This document shows, piece after piece, positions 45,392-54,572 of a stretch of DNA of 64,000 nucleotides. Each line of letters starts with the position of its first letter. Within the stretch, counting starts at the first letter, position 1. The stretch lies in the IMG/VR virus record IMGVR_UViG_3300031718_000177, one strand, 5' to 3'. The position numbers and the translations under genes were made by a program. The DNA is from a virus (taxonomy: Duplodnaviria > Heunggongvirae > Uroviricota > Caudoviricetes). The notes under the pieces were generated by a model, which had not been told where the DNA came from, ran no database searches, and saw nothing but the letters and a program-made list of their open reading frames with translations.

Positions 45392-45847
45392 CTAATTTAT
45401 GGTAGTTTTTTCATTTTTTATTTCCTCATCGAGCCGTCGCTTCATTTCTACCTCTTTAGCCCGGCGTTCTAGGTCCGCTTTTTGTTTCGCTCGTTTCACT
45501 TGATAAGAAGAATAATTGACTCCATCCACAATCCAGCCACGTCCGCGTATAATATCAAGGACTTTCCTTATAGGTCCGTCATACATCAGTTGTGGACCAG
45601 CCCATAATTCGGCGTGAACCGGAGGGGCAAACCAATTCTCTGGACTTCCTTTATTCCAGTGCGTTTCCGAATCAAGAACTCGTATATTCTCAAATCTCAT
45701 AATTGCTCGACTTACATCGTAGAACCGCTCGCATCCCGCACAGCTTACTTTATCTGGATTTATATGAAAACACTCTAGCTCGTTGCCACAAAACTCACAG
45801 GGAATTGCTTCCCTGTAATCGCTATCCATAGGGAAAGCTTTACTCAT
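45392..45847 (-). CDS. Zinc-ribbon hypothetical protein
   Basis: CEFC..CAGC. Confidence 0.6.
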   Translation of the reverse strand: MSKAFPMDSDYREAIPCEFCGNELECFHINPDKVSCAGCERFYDVSRAIMRFENIRVLDSETHWNKGSPENWFAPPVHAELWAGPQLMYDGPIRKVLDIIRGRGWIVDGVNYSSYQVKRAKQKADLERRAKEVEMKRRLDEEIKNEKTTIN

Positions 45848-46455
45848 CTTGGGTGCCGTTTCTGGTACGAGTATTCTTGGGACAGGACAACCGTTTTACC
45901 TTTCTTCAACTCCTCGAAACCAAGTTCTGCAAATCCAGACGAAGTGTGTAAACACAAAATTAAATTAGAGTTTGTGAGATCGTCCTTGAATGTTAATTTC
46001 GCAACTTCTCGTCTATAAATAACGGTTTCGGGGCAAATGCAGAAATCTATTATGTTGTTATTTAATCGGTTTTCTCGACGCCAAGGGAATACTGTGCCGT
46101 GTCGCACAATCCCAGTCGAATATAGATATTGATGCGATCTATTATCGGTCGGAACTTCTATATAAGCGTCAAATATTCTAAAAGGTAAGAGACCGTCATT
46201 CTGAACTAGTATCGTATTATCAGAACCATCCTTACTAACTATGCGTTCAACTCTTAAAATAGTTTTAAGGTTCTTTTTCAACTTATCGAAATCAAAATAC
46301 TGCCATATGAAAAATGGTAAGATGAGTGCTAGCGTGAGAAATACACCAGCAACGAACGAAGCAAGGATCGCACCGTAATAATCCGTAATAGGAACCGTCT
46401 CTACCACATACGTCCTAGCGGGGACGGGAATCAGAGCAAGCACAAGATGGTTCAT
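45844..46455 (-). CDS. Membrane-anchored hypothetical protein
   Basis: One TM followed by a beta-rich domain. Confidence 0.6.
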   Translation of the reverse strand: MNHLVLALIPVPARTYVVETVPITDYYGAILASFVAGVFLTLALILPFFIWQYFDFDKLKKNLKTILRVERIVSKDGSDNTILVQNDGLLPFRIFDAYIEVPTDNRSHQYLYSTGIVRHGTVFPWRRENRLNNNIIDFCICPETVIYRREVAKLTFKDDLTNSNLILCLHTSSGFAELGFEELKKGKTVVLSQEYSYQKRHPR

Positions 46456-46723
46456 TGCCTATGACTTTAACAATCTGGTCAAAACTGTAATCGCCTTCAA
46501 TTACATATTTATTTAAGGATTCCGAGATAGAACCACTAAGATTCAATTCTGTTTGGACGCGTTCCAAATCATAACAACAAAACTTTTTAACATACCTCGC
46601 GGCAGCTAATAACTCATTTTTATCAGATGATTCAACTACGCGACCACAATGGGGACAAAGAATAATTCCATCATTCAAGGTACTCGGTAAAATTGCTCCA
46701 CAATAGGGGCATATAACAATCAT
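46415..46723 (-). CDS. Zinc-ribbon protein
   Basis: CPYCG..CPHCG. Confidence 0.65.
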   Translation of the reverse strand: MIVICPYCGAILPSTLNDGIILCPHCGRVVESSDKNELLAAARYVKKFCCYDLERVQTELNLSGSISESLNKYVIEGDYSFDQIVKVIGNEPSCACSDSRPR

Positions 46724-46756
46724 TGTCTAATTTATATAGTAGCAGAAATGTAATTT

Positions 46757-46954
46757 TTATGCCCTTACCCACTGCCCATCAACTAACTTGATCGGTGGAT
46801 AAACATCGTTATATTTACCATTCAGATAGCCTTGGGGATCAGCAAGTGCTTCTGGTGGAGGTATCGATAATCCATTTCTCATACACCATCCTGGGGGTAA
46901 CGGTACTGGATTCGTCTGTCGGAAGAATGATTTAATCCATCTAATCATTTTCAT
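46757..46954 (-). CDS. Hypothetical protein
   Basis: Packed ORF. Confidence 0.55.
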   Translation of the reverse strand: MKMIRWIKSFFRQTNPVPLPPGWCMRNGLSIPPPEALADPQGYLNGKYNDVYPPIKLVDGQWVRA

Positions 46955-48192
46955 TCACCTTCTCCTTCCGGCAAATGCCATTTGTCTATCTCAACAAGGT
47001 AGTCGCGAATGACCTTGAAAGGATTGGTCTCTTGATTAGCAATCGCCTCGGCAAAAGCAAGACCCAATTCAAGCAATTCTTTTGGATAAGCTATCTTGGC
47101 AACTTCATCTATCTTGGGGTCTTCCTCAAAGGAATCAATCGCAGCCCAGAGAGGTTCGTGATAATACTGTTCAATTTTCTTCTTAGTTAGGGCTTTGGGC
47201 GTTATCGGCTTGGTTTTAGCTTTTTCAGCACCAGCCGCAACAATACTACCTGTCATTACGGGAGGATTCGTTTCAATTTCCTTTAATTCCTCCTGCACCT
47301 CAACAAGTTCCTTTTTAGCCTTTTCTGCCGCTATCTGAGATTCTTCGGCATCACGATTAGCCTTCTTTTGGGTCCGAATGTTAATTTCAGCTAACAGCAA
47401 CGTATCTCGAACTTCCGCCACCTTAGCTTTAAGCTTCTCTTTCTTCTCTTCTATCTTAATACTGTGCAGAGCCTTGGTGTGATTCCACACTTCCGTTCGT
47501 TTATCTTCGGGATATTCCAATAGTCGATCAGCAACAAATCTTGTAATCTCACCATTCAGCAAACAAGAAAATGCTTCCTCGGGCAACTTTGTGCGGAAAT
47601 TGATAGAGTGATTAACCCACGCCGCGTTCTTTTGCAAGATGACTTCAATTTCCTTCGGGCTTTTACCACATGCAACAAGATATTCTACGGTGATAATCTC
47701 GTCAGCAGCAGTAAGGGAAGCGGCATTGATATTCTCATCCCACGCTAGCGCTAAGGCTTCCACTTCATTACAATCATCTTCTAGTTGTACGTTTACACGA
47801 GTATAAACTTCCTTAGCGGGCATCTTCTTTTTATGTTCTATGGAGAACACCATCACATTATCTTTGATAAGTTTAAGAATAGTACGCAAACGCCGTTCAC
47901 CGGCAACTAGTTGAATAAAAGATCGGGGACGAAGAATCACATTGGGATCATCTGTCGGCTCCATAATAGTAATTAACCGGCAAATAAGCGGCATCTTTAG
48001 TCCGCGCTCTACGATAGAATCGTACAATGCGTCCATATCTTTCTTACAAAAGCCACTATTGAACTTCTTTAGACGCGGGTTAAAGAATCGGTATATCGTT
48101 GGCACTTGTGTAAAATCAGGCGGCTCGGTAATTTCAATAGAAAGCGGATCAACCAAAACATATTGTTTGCTGTGTTCGTATGTTGTTGTCAT
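46951..48192 (-). CDS. ParB-like protein with a coiled-coil C-terminus
   Basis: LYDSIVERGLKMPL, LVAGERRLR, AWDEN, HTH-like KNAAWVN.. Confidence 0.85.
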   Translation of the reverse strand: MTTTYEHSKQYVLVDPLSIEITEPPDFTQVPTIYRFFNPRLKKFNSGFCKKDMDALYDSIVERGLKMPLICRLITIMEPTDDPNVILRPRSFIQLVAGERRLRTILKLIKDNVMVFSIEHKKKMPAKEVYTRVNVQLEDDCNEVEALALAWDENINAASLTAADEIITVEYLVACGKSPKEIEVILQKNAAWVNHSINFRTKLPEEAFSCLLNGEITRFVADRLLEYPEDKRTEVWNHTKALHSIKIEEKKEKLKAKVAEVRDTLLLAEINIRTQKKANRDAEESQIAAEKAKKELVEVQEELKEIETNPPVMTGSIVAAGAEKAKTKPITPKALTKKKIEQYYHEPLWAAIDSFEEDPKIDEVAKIAYPKELLELGLAFAEAIANQETNPFKVIRDYLVEIDKWHLPEGEGE

Positions 48193-48203
48193 TCAAAGTC
48201 CTT

Positions 48204-48860
48204 TCAAAAAGCATAATTTTTGTGCGGCTTGCGGCAACGTTTTTGCCATTTAACAGTATCGTCTATCTTAGCACAAGCACAATCCAAGATAGAATCCTTT
48301 TGTCTCAGAACCAATCCCTCACACCAATCCAAGTCAAATGATTCCTCGTAGCGTTTCATAAAATCGCCTACAAATATTTCCGAAAGAATTACGCCTGGAC
48401 ACACTTGATCTCCCAACTCATTCTTTGGATACGATTCACCTACACGCAGATTATTAGCGGCAATAGTCCAGTTAAGCAATTCGATACGCTTCATCTGGTT
48501 CATACCAAATAGAAACTTCCCAGCCCAAAGAATATCGAAAAGAACCAGGGTATCCTTAATATTTTTTGTTTTATAGTGAAGCAATTCGCCATCGAACCAA
48601 TATTCAATTTTCTCTAACCGTAAACTGCTAAGTATTTCTTTTTGTATGTTAGGAGCAAACTGGTAATTATTGACCTCACCATAACGGTCGTATAATACAA
48701 TTCTGTCTTGTTCGGGAGGTATCCACACTAGCGTCCGCGTACCATTATACTTACGCTGGGCAATATAAGTGCCTTGCTTATCGTAATTATCAAGTTCTAG
48801 CAAGGGGTCCATTTTGCCTTTAGGACGGGGAGGAAATAGAACCCTTGTTGGACGAAGCAT
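48204..48860 (-). CDS. Minimal ATP-dependent ligase (adenylation domain only)
   Basis: QRKYNGTR, DRYG, FDGEL, LFDIL, EGLVLR, WQKRCRK. Confidence 0.8.
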   Translation of the reverse strand: MLRPTRVLFPPRPKGKMDPLLELDNYDKQGTYIAQRKYNGTRTLVWIPPEQDRIVLYDRYGEVNNYQFAPNIQKEILSSLRLEKIEYWFDGELLHYKTKNIKDTLVLFDILWAGKFLFGMNQMKRIELLNWTIAANNLRVGESYPKNELGDQVCPGVILSEIFVGDFMKRYEESFDLDWCEGLVLRQKDSILDCACAKIDDTVKWQKRCRKPHKNYAF

Positions 48861-48950
48861 TGTTTATCTCCGAAAAGCACTGGAGAGGTATCCGTAGCTC
48901 TAGAACGTAGTACAGTGAGACGTTCCACGCAAAAATTGTGTAGGTTGTCC

Positions 48951-48979
48951 ATTCTACCAGGATTTCCGTGAAAAATCAA
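48951..48979 (-). promoter_or_regulatory. Sigma70-like promoter
   Basis: TTGATT-17 nt-TAGAAT upstream of the ligase. Confidence 0.6.
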
Positions 48980-49236
48980 TCTCTATCAGACTCCTCATAG
49001 GGTAAGTAATCTTGCTCAAACTTTGCTATCCTCGTGTTATACTGCTGTGCTTTGTTTAACCTACTGATTGCCTCCTTGAGAGCTTTATTTTGCTCCCATA
49101 ATCTCTGAATTAACCAGTATGTATTGGCGTAAATGCTATTAGATTCCCACTGTTCTCTAGAGCAAATAATCGTGCCTTTGCCGTATCTTTTAACAGCATC
49201 ATCATAAGACATAGGTACTAAATCAATTAAGAACAT
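48976..49236 (-). CDS. Hypothetical protein
   Basis: Packed ORF. Confidence 0.55.
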   Translation of the reverse strand: MFLIDLVPMSYDDAVKRYGKGTIICSREQWESNSIYANTYWLIQRLWEQNKALKEAISRLNKAQQYNTRIAKFEQDYLPYEESDRD

Positions 49237-49963
49237 CTGTGTGTCCCATTTTATCTTTAATCGCAGTGATAACTTCTTTTGCTTGGTCTTTATTGCGAGT
49301 GATATATCCGATTCTATTTATGATATAGATTTTGTGTTCACCTGCTTTTATACTAGATAAGTCATTTGCCACGACAAGATCGCATTCGTTTTTAGCTACG
49401 GCGTTCATAGTTCTCCCAATAAAATCATTAAAGGATTCATCGACAAGTAGCTCAAATGTCACTAAAAATGTTCCTGGCCACCATTCTTTCACTTTACTAC
49501 CTAGATCGTCAGCGAATTTGAGTATGATGCCCATATTACCCTGAGTATCTGAATAGAAGTTTTCTACTAGATAATCACTTGCGGCAGCCGCCAAAATAAC
49601 TACATCTGGCTTCTCACTACGAACAAGTTTTTCTAATCGTTCCGCATAATCTTTGTAATCCACAAATTCGTGTTCTGTATATCTGTGACGATATTGCTCG
49701 TACAAATCAAGTCGTTTAAGCCATTCACGAGAAAGTACAGAAGATATCTCTGGATTGTAAGAATGATTCATAATCATACTAAATGGAGTTATTTTAGAGT
49801 GCTTCGCACGTAGGAATATGACATTCCCTAGCGGGAGAGCTTCGGCCGCTATATCAGCCCCGAAAGTTTCTAGATTTATACTACTGATATAATGGATTGT
49901 ATCTATCGAGACTCGGGTATCACCGCCAGTAATGAGGATTTTGGGGAGTTGTTTATCTGTCAT
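49223..49963 (-). CDS. CoaB-like (phosphopantothenate-cysteine ligase family) protein, divergent
   Basis: ILITGGDTRVSID..FG..IA, ILAAAASDY, LVVANDL. Confidence 0.75.
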   Translation of the reverse strand: MTDKQLPKILITGGDTRVSIDTIHYISSINLETFGADIAAEALPLGNVIFLRAKHSKITPFSMIMNHSYNPEISSVLSREWLKRLDLYEQYRHRYTEHEFVDYKDYAERLEKLVRSEKPDVVILAAAASDYLVENFYSDTQGNMGIILKFADDLGSKVKEWWPGTFLVTFELLVDESFNDFIGRTMNAVAKNECDLVVANDLSSIKAGEHKIYIINRIGYITRNKDQAKEVITAIKDKMGHTDVLN

Positions 49964-50247
49964 GGTCGTGTCAAAACACCGATTTTTCCGTCAGACAATT
50001 GGATCAACCGCTGTAATTCGACCTCTTCGGCATCGCTGAATTCATGATTGCGATGCGACAATGGCGATTCCGGTCTCTGAATATTTTGCTTAATGATTTG
50101 TAAATCTATGTCTTGCATAATAGATTCTAAATAATTGTCAGTAATGATTTTAGTAGAATTACCATAGGCGTTCGTAGCCCCAACTTTACCCGCTAGTACA
50201 TCCCTGATATATCGAGCGGCGTTATCACTGAGATTTAGTTTAATCAT
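49960..50247 (-). CDS. Hypothetical protein
   Basis: Packed ORF. Confidence 0.55.
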   Translation of the reverse strand: MIKLNLSDNAARYIRDVLAGKVGATNAYGNSTKIITDNYLESIMQDIDLQIIKQNIQRPESPLSHRNHEFSDAEEVELQRLIQLSDGKIGVLTRP

Positions 50248-51574
50248 GATGTTTCTTCCTTTGTTCTTCCCTCATTCTAGCCGAAGATAAATCAGAAATA
50301 TGAACGTCTGGACTAACAAGTTCGACCATGCCTAATTGAACCAATTTAGAATAACTTGGTACTTGTATATAATTCTCTTTTGTTCCCCTACAAAAACATA
50401 GAAACTTTGTTTTCATCTCTTTCATATACGTCAATTGTCTCATCATATTTTCATAACTGCCGTAGTATTTTTCCTGACATATTCTTATAGCGGTATCCGC
50501 TCCAATAGCAAATGTAACATTAGGCCCAAATATTTTTACTTTATCACCAAAAAGGGGAGTATGAGTTAAGATACAACATCCATTACTCAAATCCTTTTTG
50601 CGGAATATCTCCACTCTGTCTTCTAGCGAATGATAATCAACCGGTGGTTTATCGGCGTTATATAAACATAACTCAAAATAGCATGGCAAACCAGTCATAT
50701 CCTCAGCTACTTTAGCCATGTGTATGTGTGCGTCGTGCAGGGGATTACATGAAGTTGGTAATATCAACTTAGGATGAACGGGGTCGGATATTACCCTTGG
50801 TTTTTTGCCAATGATAGAGGGATAAACAGCAAAATCAACCTTTTTGTGTAAAACTTCAACTACCGTGTAAGGAACGATAATGGATTCTTCTTTCACGAAA
50901 TCACTTAAATCATATCCGCTCCCATTATTCGTAATTAGCGGGCAATAATCGTTTATTTCACAGCCATCTAAAATAGCATTAAGCAACATTCTATCATTAA
51001 TATTCTCTTCTATACTGCGGTCGTGATTTGAGGCAATTTTGGAAATTGGAAACTCCAATTCATATGTATTAGTTTTAGTTTCTGTCTGTAATACAATGTA
51101 AATCTTATGCTGCCTGCCAATTCTTTCGTTACCTATTTTAGCCAAAGATGATGTTCCGCCGATACCGATTACTGGATTATCCGATTTAGTAGCCCATTTC
51201 CAATTACAAGCGTTAATATAAGCACGCATGGCTAATTCGCGGGCTGTTTCGGGATGACAATAACCGTATTCGGGAGGATTATGCAGATACTCATTGGTAA
51301 AATGTTGATCGTAGGGGACGAAGGCGTATAATACAGTGTTGCTGGCACCGCCAGATGCGAGCATTTTGCCGAAAAGCCCTGTGCCGCCACCAGTTATGGC
51401 AGCACAAAGTTTGTGAGGCGTGGCGTTGATCCGCCTGAAGAAAGCGGAAAAATCCGTTTCCATGATGTCCTCTATTCCTAGTTTACGGAAAATCTCCTCA
51501 ATTTCAATTGGAAATCCAAAAATTTGTCGTATAATGAATGATGGAAGGGAGAGTACAGGATGAAGCCACGACAA
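50240..51574 (-). CDS. CinA/PncC-like domain fused to an HxGH-type nucleotidyltransferase (NMN/NaMN adenylyltransferase-like)
   Basis: AITGGG..GGASNTV..VPY..ETARELAMRA; then PTSCNPLHDAH, FELCLYNADKP, LFGDK, IGADT. Confidence 0.75.
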   Translation of the reverse strand: MSWLHPVLSLPSFIIRQIFGFPIEIEEIFRKLGIEDIMETDFSAFFRRINATPHKLCAAITGGGTGLFGKMLASGGASNTVLYAFVPYDQHFTNEYLHNPPEYGYCHPETARELAMRAYINACNWKWATKSDNPVIGIGGTSSLAKIGNERIGRQHKIYIVLQTETKTNTYELEFPISKIASNHDRSIEENINDRMLLNAILDGCEINDYCPLITNNGSGYDLSDFVKEESIIVPYTVVEVLHKKVDFAVYPSIIGKKPRVISDPVHPKLILPTSCNPLHDAHIHMAKVAEDMTGLPCYFELCLYNADKPPVDYHSLEDRVEIFRKKDLSNGCCILTHTPLFGDKVKIFGPNVTFAIGADTAIRICQEKYYGSYENMMRQLTYMKEMKTKFLCFCRGTKENYIQVPSYSKLVQLGMVELVSPDVHISDLSSARMREEQRKKHHD

Positions 51575-51934
51575 TGCCCTAATTGTTCAATAGAGGTAGG
51601 AATTGATAGTGGTTTTTCTTTTGATAAAGACCTGAATATGGTATGCGATAACTGCGGCAGACTTATTTATCCAGTAAATATTATGAGTGAGAATAAGATA
51701 ATGAAATCACAAGAGCAGTTTATTGGCGATAAGTGGGCAACTAAACCGGGTAATTCAAGTCGTTTTTATCCTACATCTCCCAAAGATGTAGTTTTGGGCA
51801 GCAATGGTTCTCGCAAACGGACTATTGGATTTAGATATGAAATGCCAAGAGCACAAAATCCCTATGATTCGCTAGATATATCAAGAAACGATCTATACGC
51901 ATACGGAATCGCAAGATTGCAACCAATTCCATAA
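51560..51934 (+). CDS. Zinc-ribbon hypothetical protein
   Basis: CPNC..CDNCG. Confidence 0.6.
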   Translation: MKPRQCPNCSIEVGIDSGFSFDKDLNMVCDNCGRLIYPVNIMSENKIMKSQEQFIGDKWATKPGNSSRFYPTSPKDVVLGSNGSRKRTIGFRYEMPRAQNPYDSLDISRNDLYAYGIARLQPIP

Positions 51935-51940
51935 GAAAGG

Positions 51941-52870
51941 ATGAAAATCATGAGTAGAATCATCACAACAACAGTTCTAGCATTAAGCATTTGTGGCTCA
52001 CCATATCTCTGCAAAGCTCAAGGGTGGTTCTTTAACACTGGCTCAGATTACCATTACGATGACACATACGAATATTCATATTGGCATGTCAATAATGACC
52101 CGTTAGACAACGCATATTACAACGACGCCTTACATAAGGCTACGATGGCTTCAATGCAAAGTCGTTGGATGATGAAGGATATGAAACAAGCCCGTAAATT
52201 AAAGGAATTGGAACAACGATTTGCCTTTACGCAAAAAATGCACGAACTTAGGCTTCGTGAAGAACAAATGCGTAAAGACGGATTACTACCACAAATCGTA
52301 AAGAGAAGCCCTGGCAGTGGCGAAGGTATTACAATTCGCGGGCAGCACTTTAAGACACCGCAAGAGTTCCGCGATAGTAAGTTACTACAAGAGTTAAGAG
52401 ACGAAAACGACATAAGCGAAATGGCAAACTCAGAAGAAGAAAATACTATTCACAATAATTTCGTTTGGGCGATGAGACGAAGACAACTTGATATAGATTA
52501 TCCTCAATGGAAGGTGAATCCTCCTATTGTCCCCCTTATGCCGCTCACAAGAGAGCAAGCTTTGGCGAGAGTAATAGGCGATCTCAACAATGTAGATATA
52601 GCAAGAGAACACTATGGTTGGGACTATAAAACTTGGTACAATCAACAGAAGGGCTACCACGATAGTAGATTTGGTCCGAAACCTTTACCAAAAGCCAAAA
52701 ACGCTGGGACTAAGCCAATTACTGAGACTACGCCAATCAGAAGGCGTTCCTCCGGCACTGGAAGTAACATCTCTGGCCAAGGCATATCGAACGATCCACA
52801 TAGAAAAAATAGTAATAGAAAACTTCCTCCAACTTTACAATACTGGCCCTACGCCGATCAAAAGCTATAA
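51941..52870 (+). CDS. Secreted hypothetical protein
   Basis: Signal peptide ..LCKA; GAAAGGA RBS. Confidence 0.65.
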   Translation: MKIMSRIITTTVLALSICGSPYLCKAQGWFFNTGSDYHYDDTYEYSYWHVNNDPLDNAYYNDALHKATMASMQSRWMMKDMKQARKLKELEQRFAFTQKMHELRLREEQMRKDGLLPQIVKRSPGSGEGITIRGQHFKTPQEFRDSKLLQELRDENDISEMANSEEENTIHNNFVWAMRRRQLDIDYPQWKVNPPIVPLMPLTREQALARVIGDLNNVDIAREHYGWDYKTWYNQQKGYHDSRFGPKPLPKAKNAGTKPITETTPIRRRSSGTGSNISGQGISNDPHRKNSNRKLPPTLQYWPYADQKL

Positions 52871-52890
52871 ATGGAATAATCATCGGAATT

Positions 52891-53205
52891 ATGAACCGCA
52901 ATCTCGGCTATCCTTACAACCAACAATATTATCCGCCTTCCAACTCTACGACAGTGCCAAAGATTGGGTTCGGTTTATTATGTGCTGCCGTTTTATTTGT
53001 AGGTTGTTTACAAAATATGTCTAGATCACACCGTCGTTATAAACATTATCCTCGTAAGAAACAGAAGAAAAAGCATTCTGTCGTTCATGGTCCGTACAAA
53101 ACTAGTGTAACTACAATTACCGTAAGTGATGAAGATGTATTTGCTAATAGTATGTCCTTAGAAGAAGCGAAGGCTCATTACGAAAAAACTAAAAAGTACG
53201 AATGA
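52891..53205 (+). CDS. Membrane-anchored hypothetical protein
   Basis: One TM, basic tail. Confidence 0.55.
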   Translation: MNRNLGYPYNQQYYPPSNSTTVPKIGFGLLCAAVLFVGCLQNMSRSHRRYKHYPRKKQKKKHSVVHGPYKTSVTTITVSDEDVFANSMSLEEAKAHYEKTKKYE

Positions 53206-53555
53206 GCAGCAAACATTCTCCCGTGGATAAAACTAATTTTAGAGATCGTTTCGGACTAGATGTCAGAGAACTCTACGGGATAAATGTAGAACCAACTCCG
53301 ATGTTATTAAAGAACGGTATCAAAGAGTGGATACGGAAAGATAAAACTAACCGACTTATACCCATTAAACCATCGGCAAAACCGGTTGAACACAAACTAC
53401 GCAGGGTAAAAGAGATTTCCATTACGGTTCTAGGAGAAACTCTGGAATCACAAACGAAGCTAGTGAGTGATTGGACGAAACCAGAACTAACACCAGAAGA
53501 AATAATAGAATGGAACAGGGTGGTCCATGAGGGATACGGTGGATACTGTCTATGA
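53202..53555 (+). CDS. Hypothetical protein
   Basis: Overlapping operon ORF. Confidence 0.55.
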   Translation: MSSKHSPVDKTNFRDRFGLDVRELYGINVEPTPMLLKNGIKEWIRKDKTNRLIPIKPSAKPVEHKLRRVKEISITVLGETLESQTKLVSDWTKPELTPEEIIEWNRVVHEGYGGYCL

Positions 53556-53985
53556 TGAACCAGAGGGGCATCCTCTGGCTTATCTGCAACCTATAAAGAT
53601 ACCTTGGGAATATAAATGCGAATTTATGAACGTACGAACGTTATACGGAGATAAATATATCCCCATTCGACAAACACTCAAGCATTATGAGGAAATAGTT
53701 AAGCCAGAAGAAGCATATCAATGTTTCGTGATGCTCGCTTTTGCAGCAGCGATTCTTAGATTTGTAGCCAAAGATCCAGATCGCAATGAAACAGAACATT
53801 ATCTTTTTGATCCTTACAAAAAGGAATCATATAGGATGCCGGGCTATTCTGGACAATGGCTTTTAGATTTAGCATATGATATCATCATTGAGATTTGGCC
53901 TATGCGACACATGTTAAGTGATATAAGGAAGTTCGAGAGAGAAAAATCTAAGAAGGAAGCGAAAAATGAAACAAAAAACCTTTGA
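53527..53985 (+). CDS. Hypothetical protein
   Basis: Overlapping operon ORF. Confidence 0.55.
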   Translation: MRDTVDTVYDEPEGHPLAYLQPIKIPWEYKCEFMNVRTLYGDKYIPIRQTLKHYEEIVKPEEAYQCFVMLAFAAAILRFVAKDPDRNETEHYLFDPYKKESYRMPGYSGQWLLDLAYDIIIEIWPMRHMLSDIRKFEREKSKKEAKNETKNL

Positions 53986-54241
53986 GCAAATGACCCAATA
54001 TATTTGGGAAAATAGGAAAGAATATATAGAAAACTTTGAGTACGATAACGAATTTGGTATAGCCGTTTTTTTGGATGATACTTTAAGCTCCGAAGCAGTT
54101 GACGCAATGCAAAGTATGTGGAGTAAAGTCATCGGATTAAATATCTACGGCAAACCACATAAATATAAGTTCAAGACCAAAAGAGAGTTTCGTAGTGCTT
54201 ACAAACGAAGATTAAGAGAATTAGGAGAGTTGGTTAGATGA
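53966..54241 (+). CDS. Hypothetical protein
   Basis: AGGAAG RBS, overlapping ORF. Confidence 0.6.
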   Translation: MKQKTFEQMTQYIWENRKEYIENFEYDNEFGIAVFLDDTLSSEAVDAMQSMWSKVIGLNIYGKPHKYKFKTKREFRSAYKRRLRELGELVR

Positions 54242-54561
54242 AAAGAATCAGGAAAACTGAGTTCACAACCCGATTGCCAAAAGGTCAAATTGTTTGGGAA
54301 GATAAGTTTAATCATTCTACATCTGTCAGAGAAATTACCTGTGATTTCGCAGAAGGTATCATAAACGGCAAAGAATGGGTCAAACAGCTTGGATATAGAA
54401 ATAGCCGAGAAGCAGCAAAAAAACTAATTAATGCCTTCGGCGTCCGTAAATCTCGAAGTCTAGCCAAAAGGTGGATGCGCAGCTACGGTTATGAGTTTAT
54501 TCTCGTCGGCAACCGTGAGCACGCTACCAGCGAACGATACTATGTAGGTATCGCACGATAG
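54238..54561 (+). CDS. Hypothetical basic protein
   Basis: AGGAG RBS, 4-nt overlap. Confidence 0.6.
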   Translation: MKRIRKTEFTTRLPKGQIVWEDKFNHSTSVREITCDFAEGIINGKEWVKQLGYRNSREAAKKLINAFGVRKSRSLAKRWMRSYGYEFILVGNREHATSERYYVGIAR

Positions 54562-54572
54562 ACGAATAGGTA

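Noticed and set aside
48797-48979. 60-aa ORF upstream of the ligase
   Set aside because: Its start coincides with the -35 box of a good promoter and it overlaps the ligase; probably the 5' leader.
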